Part shown: positions 57,277 through 64,000 of the stretch, piece by piece
Layout: each line of letters starts with the position of its first letter
Numbering within the stretch: position 1 is the first letter of the stretch
Notes under the pieces: model-generated
What the model was told of the DNA's origin: nothing
Seen by the model: the letters and a program-made list of their open reading frames with translations, nothing else
Database searches by the model: none
Position numbers and translations under genes: made by a program
NCBI GenBank assembly: GCA_012295275.1
Contig: CM022671.1
Location: 2,480,001-2,544,000 of the forward strand
Direction of reading: 5' to 3'
Length of the DNA: 64,000 nucleotides
DNA from: Chrysomallon squamiferum
Lineage: Eukaryota; Animalia; Mollusca

Positions 57277-58790
57277 CAATCTGAAATTAGACAAAAAACC
57301 TAAAACGACTGCTGCTAAACAGGAAACGTATGTGTATGCATACAGACCTATGTCTGACTGAGTTAATAAAAAATACACTATGTCACAACAAAAATAGAAA
57401 GGTTCTGTAACAGTTCGAGCATTACTTAACGTAAGTAGTAAAAATAGTGAAAAAGGAAACTATATCGCCTTCTCTTTATTTGTTTTGAGTGTGTTTATCT
57501 GTGGAAATCAGTCCACACATAAGCACTTCGCCATAACGAAACATAATATGCGATTTCGCGCGGGTTTTATGGATAAAGCAAAGCAGCGAATAAATTCTGT
57601 AGCGTGCGAGTTTTATCTTTGTGCCAGTAACTGCAATACGGTTTTTGCCTTAAAACCCGCAGAGAACACTGAAATATAAATAGATACAAATCTGAAAATA
57701 GTACTAAATACATCATTTGCAGCATTCTAGATTACCCAGTTATCTTTTTTTTTTTTTTTTTTTTTTTACTCATTGACAATTTATAATTTATGTGAAAAAC
57801 CGTAGCCAGTTCAGTTCACTTTGTTTCATTATGGTATTTCTGTCATTTATTTATACTTGTCTGTGCATGCGTGTGTGTTTGTGTGTCTGAGTGTGTGTGT
57901 GTGTATGTGTGTATGTGTGTGTGTGTTTGTGTGTGTATAACTGCTTGTTTACACACATAATATATATTCTGTGATGGCTATTGACAGACTTTGTGAAACT
58001 TCATATTAATAACATAATATTATGTACAAACTATGACTGCATCGTAAATTAATGACGTTAAATCCTTTTTACATTAATTATTTTTATTACCTTTTTTTAA
58101 TAATGCATTACTAAGCATAAATTGGTACATACAAAAATGAACACCAAAAAAATGTGAAAGAAAAAGTTTGAAAAAAAGAGGATTTTTTTAAGGGGTGGAC
58201 TGTTTCTTCTTTCTTTCTTTCTTTCTTTCTTCTTCTTTTTGGGGGGTTATTGTTGTTGTTTGTGAAAAAAAAAATTATTATCCTGCAAATTATCACAAAA
58301 TAATTCATTCCTTTAAAACAGTATTTAACTTGAAGCGTTTGTTTTTGTATTAAAAAAAACCTAAATTTTAGCTATTCTAGTACTGTACTGCAAGTCCGAA
58401 TTGGTGTAAGTAAAGATTTTTATCAGCGTTTTGCTGAAGTCAGTTTATTTACTGACAGTTAACACAGAGGTTCTGTTGAACGACCGATATGATAAGAATT
58501 GAAACAAGAAAAGCGTTCTAAACTGAGAGACAGGCAATCAATAAAGAAATGCTAGATGCCAGGCCAATATGTTAGATTTGTCTGGGCCGTAGTTCAGTTA
58601 TTTGAGTTCTGGGCTAAGGCGTTGTCAATCTGAAATTAGACAAAAATAATTTAAATGACTGCTGCAGGTCAGGGAACTGAAGAGTATACAGACGTATGTC
58701 TGAATGACTTCATAAAACGAACTACCACAACACAAATAGAAAAGTTTTCAAACAGATCGAGCATTAGCTAACATCTGTAGTAAGAACGGA
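57277..58790. repeat. Pair of diverged direct repeats of about 170 bp (57277-57450 and 58626-58790)
   Basis: Both begin caatctgaaattagacaaaaa and share gactgctgc, tacagac.tatgtctga, cacaaca.aaatagaaa and tcgagcatta in the same order. Confidence 0.8.
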
Positions 58791-58827
58791 GAATAGTTCA
58801 ATTATTTTAGTTCTTCTACGGCATTAT

Positions 58828-59040
58828 ATTTCTCAGCATCGGTGCTCCCCGGTAACTACTTTGTGTTCCATCCACTGCCTACATCAACAACTATGATATA
58901 TTTTTTCATGTCTATGGCTGGGTTATATAAGAGCCCACTTGCTATAAATATGTAATATGGCACAAAGGTTGACGGCAGCTAGTCTCCTCTCTCATAATTT
59001 AAGATCGTTATCAAAGAATGTTTTACTAACTCATAAATCT
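58828..59040 (+). mobile_element. Decayed SINE-like repeat
   Basis: tatttctc...gttatataagagcccactttgcta...ggcagctagtctcctctctc follows the same layout as the 61.4-kb copy. Confidence 0.45.
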
Positions 59041-59580
59041 CATCTTTTTCGGGGATTTCTGTGACTTGAAAACTTTATTGTTAGCAAAGATTAGTCAAAT
59101 GATTTAAAAAATCAGATGAAATTAATGAATATGTGTTTTTAACTTAATATGCATACCAATGTCGATGTTGTTTAAAAAAAAGCTTAAAATAATAACATGA
59201 TTTAAAAAAAAAGTGTAAATGCCTCACTGAAATAAATTAATGATTGGCAAATTCGATGTCTGAACCAGTGATTATCTCGGTAGAACATTATTTTGTTTTA
59301 GTATTATCAAAAAGACTTTGACTGCCATTTAATTTGTTTTATAGTGAATTAGCGTGATTGTCGCTAAGCCTGGTTATACCACTGTCTGGCTGTCTATTTA
59401 TTTAAATGTTTTTAAACATACATCATAATAAATCTTATTTAAAAGATAAAAGTTATTTCTTTTTTCAGTTTTGTTTCGTGGAGTATATTAATAATTTTTA
59501 AAACTGCTATCAATAAATAAAAAAGCGTTAAATTTGTTTCTGTGAGAAAATGATAGTATGAGTAAATAATGTGCGTGTTT

Positions 59581-59585
<5 letters not shown>

Positions 59586-59666
<81 letters not shown>
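59586..59666. repeat. (AG)n microsatellite
   Basis: Seen directly. Confidence 0.95.
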
Positions 59667-59669
<3 letters not shown>

Positions 59670-59791
59670 ATTATTGCAACTCATCAAAAATTATCGGAAG
59701 AGTTATCTTTCTTTACATTGTTATAAAACTATCAGCACTCGCATTAATTAAATTTTCCTGACTCAGTTTGTTTGGAATTTGTGCAAGAACA

Positions 59792-59846
<55 letters not shown>

Positions 59847-60314
59847 TAAAATAAAAACAAAAATAACGTAAAAGATATGATTTAACACAGATTGAAAAAG
59901 AAGAAGATGAAGAGAAAAAAGAAAGAGAAATGTCTTCCATTCTTTACGCTTACCTTTATTCTTATCTTAATATCTCAAATCGTATTAACAGATGCCTCGT
60001 AGTCGTTCTCCTTATAATTATAATGTAGAATAATTTACCCTTAACTTTTCCTTTTTAAATTATAATTTGTTAATACAATATAAATAAATAGATATAAAGT
60101 ATCAAAATCTCCACACACAAATGTATATTTTGCGTATTCAGTGAAACAGATCGGCTACCTGAATGATGGTCAGACAAAATACCAAATATTTAAGTAAGTA
60201 AATAAATAAATAAACAAATAAATGAATATCGAAATTACAGTTTGTACATCCTTTGCCTTTTGTAAGCTGTTACATATTTAACCCAAAATGCAGTAAGAAG
60301 CAGAATGAAATATG

Positions 60315-60354
<40 letters not shown>

Positions 60355-60356
<2 letters not shown>

Positions 60357-60395
60357 CACGTGACCTCCAGTAACCAATACAAATGACGTACATAA
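60355..60395. promoter_or_regulatory. Candidate promoter motif cluster upstream of the BICDL1-like gene
   Basis: GCCACGTGAC (E-box/CLEAR-like) at 60355-64, CCAAT at 60374 and TGACGT at 60384, all within 40 bp. The first coding exon has an acceptor at 61615, so an upstream 5'UTR exon is expected. Confidence 0.45.
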
Positions 60396-61361
60396 ATGTT
60401 ATTGTTCTATTACTATTAACATATGGTGGGGTTTTACACCACTGTAAAGGATGTAGAATCAGAGTTACTTACCTTGGAAATTATCATTAAGTGGCAGTGA
60501 TTATTATGATCTCATTATCTGCATAATTTTGTTTATTTCGTTAAAGGCTTTTTGCCTTGCGAAATGGAAATAACATGGTAACGTTATCATTTATTGTTCT
60601 GCCTTCGTCACAAAGTATACTTTTTCTGCATTTTTAATTTATTATAATATATGTTTGTGACATTCATGTAACAACTTTGGCCAGCAGCTGAGCATTGAAA
60701 GAACTAGGTTGCTTTTCTCGTACGGTATCGCTATATCAGTATATGATATGACATATTTATAATAAAAAGATATTATTTGAGTCTGATTTAGGTGGTATAA
60801 CCTAATTATTTACATTTTCTTACTATCACGTAAACAGCATATTATGTTTGTTCCTGATCTTAAGCAAACAATACCACGACATATTAACTTTAATGAATTA
60901 ATTGGTTCTTTCTTCTGATAAACACTAAAACTGTTTGGATGTTGTTGTTTTTTCAATAAAAATAAAGAGAAGATGACCAGGAAATCTTTTTCCTCTGCTT
61001 CGTTAAATTTCCAAGTCATACCACAACTTCTTCATTATTTTTGTGCTTGGTGTTTATTGGAAGTAAACAATAAGACTTATGACTTATCGTTAAGCAATTT
61101 GTTTTTATTAACCGTAGTCGTATTTGACTCTTAGTATTGTTATTATTAATTTATATATTGTGTTTTATTAGGAGACTATTTAGCATTACTGTTACGAAAA
61201 CAAAATTTGTAATTAAAGTCAGAGAAACATTAATTGCAGTTACAAGAAAACCATCATTGAAAGAAACCTATTTGTAATGTGTTATTAGTCAGAATTTTGA
61301 ATTATGTGGTATTTCAAACAATCTGTAACAAAATACTTAGACCATTAAAATGAGAGGGTAA

Positions 61362-61580
61362 GATATTTCTGTCCCAGAATGAGTCCCGCAACTGGTTTAT
61401 CAAAAGCAAAATTTGCTGTGCCATTCAACATAATCAGAGGTACATATAAAAGGTCCCTTGTTGCTAATTAAAAAAGAATAGCCCATCACATTGTGACATT
61501 AAGCAGTTTTTATGGTCGATAACACAGCTTAAGTTTGCTTAACCATATATCATTATATGGCAACATATAACCATAGATTA
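61362..61580 (+). mobile_element. Decayed SINE-like interspersed repeat
   Basis: Core gtacatataaaaggtcccttgttgctaatt....aatagccca is shared with other copies in this window and resembles the conserved central domain of mollusc tRNA-derived SINEs. Family assignment is from memory and unverified. Confidence 0.6.
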
Positions 61581-61685
61581 AGTTATATGATTTTTTTAAA
61601 TTTTTTCCCTTGAAGGTAACTAGTGAAGACTAGACCAATAATATTAACATGAACATCTAATGAACTAAACACTCAAAACATCACC

Positions 61686-63646
61686 ATGGATCAAGGAGAA
61701 TATGACGATGAACCAATAGAGATCAGCCCTGATGGGGAAATGTACACAATGCTGGCACAGAATGGGGGGCCGAGTCAGGAGGGGGATGTTTACAGCATGC
61801 TGGCTCAGAAGGAGAGGGATCTCATCCTGGCTGCAGAGCTGGGTAAGGCCCTCCTTGAGAAAAACCAAGAGCTGGCAATACGTCATCAGCAGTTAATAGA
61901 AGAGTACACGCAGAAAATTGAGGTCAGTTAAGCAGATTGATGTCAGTGTTGTTTTATACTTTCAAACATTAACAAAATGTTCAGATGTTCACAAATCAGG
62001 TATATGCCTGTCTTGGAATGTTATTGAGGTGTTTTAGGGATAAGTACTGGGTTTTATAGCAGATCCAATATATCAAATGAGGCTTTCAGAATCTCTGTTG
62101 ATAATAAAAAATACAAATGACAAATTCTGCATATCATTTTATTACATAATTCTTTTGTCTTGCTTTTTAATTACAATATTAATAAACCAAATCCAACATT
62201 TGCTTTTAATGGACAAATACATCTTAGCTGCAAACAGTGGTTAAATATCTTCTTTGATTTATACTGTTCTGTTTCTTCAAATTCTAGAAAAAACATTATT
62301 TGACTAAAATCCTTGTGAAAATTAGAGAATTAATATTAGGTTTTCTTACATTTATATGTTAATTTAATTTTATAGTTATGTTTTTGTTATTGTTGTTACT
62401 ATTATTTAACATTGTTAGTATATGTTTTTGAAAAGTTAGTCATCCCATTTGTATTATATATTAACAAGCTGTGTATATTTGTTGTTAGCAACTGGAACAA
62501 GAAAAACATGAACTGCACCTGCGTATTGAAAAGATTGAGACAGAGTATGAGAACATTGTGAAAGAGCTGCAGTATGACATTTCACAACTACGTCAGGAAC
62601 TGCACACCAGCAAGATGCAGAGTCTAGTGTCAGAGAGAGAACAGTCACAGATCATTCGTGAACTCACACAGCAGAATGAGAAACTCACTGAACAAGTCAG
62701 ACAGGTGAGTAACAACACTTTGTAAATTAAATATGTATCGGTTTTAATATTATAGATACCTTCTGATTCTTGTTGTTATTATTAATTGTTGATCTATTGC
62801 ATTAATCATTTCAAATATATTAGAAAATGTTTTTAAAAACAGAAAAAAGAAAATAATTATTTTTAGTTAGAAAGTACTAAAAAAAGATTAGAGTAGCTGG
62901 TGAAAAGTCTTTTTTTTAAATATGCTAAAATAAATATATTTGTTTTAGGCTGCTCTTCGTGAAGAACAGCTGGAAAATAAAGTTCACTCAATGCGAAAAC
63001 AGATGTCATCACGACGCACATCAATGCATGAACATGTCAGTCAACTGGCCTTGTTGAGAGAAGAGGTAACAATGATCTTTTTCTTGCATATTCTAACAAT
63101 GGTACATTGTTTTCAAATTAAAGTTTGTTTTAGTATATAGAGATACAGAAAGAAATAATGGAGAATGAAACCAGTAATAGAACACAAGATGCAAAAAGTG
63201 AAAGTAAAAAATAAGAGTGAAAACAACAATAGAAAAATAATACAGACAAATGGAAAAAAGATACTGAGAGCAAAATACAAGAAGAAATAAAAGGAGAGAG
63301 TAAAGGAGATGACATAGAAAGTATTAGATTCGGATAATTAGGGATGGAGAAGCAGAATTCAACAAGAAGAATAGAGACACCAGTGTACAGAAAAAGGAGT
63401 CAGGGAAGTAGATAGATAAATAAATATATATTTACAGAGAAAAAAGTTACAGTGATGGTTTATAATTTAGTATCTCAGTCTATTTCCACTGTATTGCAGG
63501 TACAGATGTTGAACAACAAGAAGGTGGAGTTAGAACGTCGTATAGCAGTGTTGTCAGAGGAAAAAGAAAGTTTCGCTACAAGCCTTGAAGAGTCACAGGA
63601 ACGAATCATGAAACTGGAAAGACAGAGACAGGAGAAAGATCAGGCT
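61686..63646 (+). CDS. BICDL1: Bicaudal D-related protein (BICDR/CCDC64-like dynein cargo adaptor), first four coding exons; continues past the window
   Basis: Exons 61686-61922, 62489-62704, 62949-63065 and 63500-63646 are in frame. CC1 box KERDLILAAELGKALLEKN, then LEQEKHEL, ELTQQNEKL and ELERR...LEESQERIMKLERQ coiled coil, follow the BICDL1 pattern. Confidence 0.88.
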
Positions 63647-64000
63647 GTTAGTATTTTTCATTTTTTTTTTTTTTTTTTTTTTTTGGTTTTTTAATAAAAC
63701 TTAATTTGATTATTTTACAGGTACAAATTCTTTGTGTTTTAAGAATTTGGACTTTTGTCTGCCTATGAATTTGTTTTCACAAATTTTATAATTCTGAATG
63801 AAAATGACTAATTACACATAATAACAGACTGTTTATTTAATGGTATGTTGTATAATTATATATAATAGATTATCTATTTATAAATATATTATATAACTGT
63901 ATAATGACAAATTATTTGCCCAATAATACGTTGGTATAATTATATATAGCATATTGTCTGTTTAAGAATGTTGATATAATAACATGTAACAAACTGTCTG

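Overview
AT-rich, intron-rich animal DNA, most consistent with a mollusc (probably a gastropod; this is an inference from the shell-matrix-like EF-hand gene, SINE remnants and composition). The left 23 kb is a compact, CpG-poor block of housekeeping genes. It holds the 3' end of a TSR2-like gene (+), a PRA1-family gene (PRAF2/ARL6IP5 ortholog, -) head-to-head with UBA3 (+, 15 coding exons including one U12-type intron), and FBXO7 (-, with a one-base frameshift in its penultimate exon). The stretch from about 23.5 to 61 kb retains CpGs and is rich in micro- and minisatellites. It contains a small, probably secreted EF-hand protein gene with two candidate last exons, an intronless class A GPCR with several non-canonical signalling motifs, and a 1.4-kb 30-bp minisatellite. 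The window ends inside a BICDL1/BICDR-like dynein adaptor gene (+). All exon structures were worked out by hand from GT-AG signals and reading-frame continuity. No database search was run.
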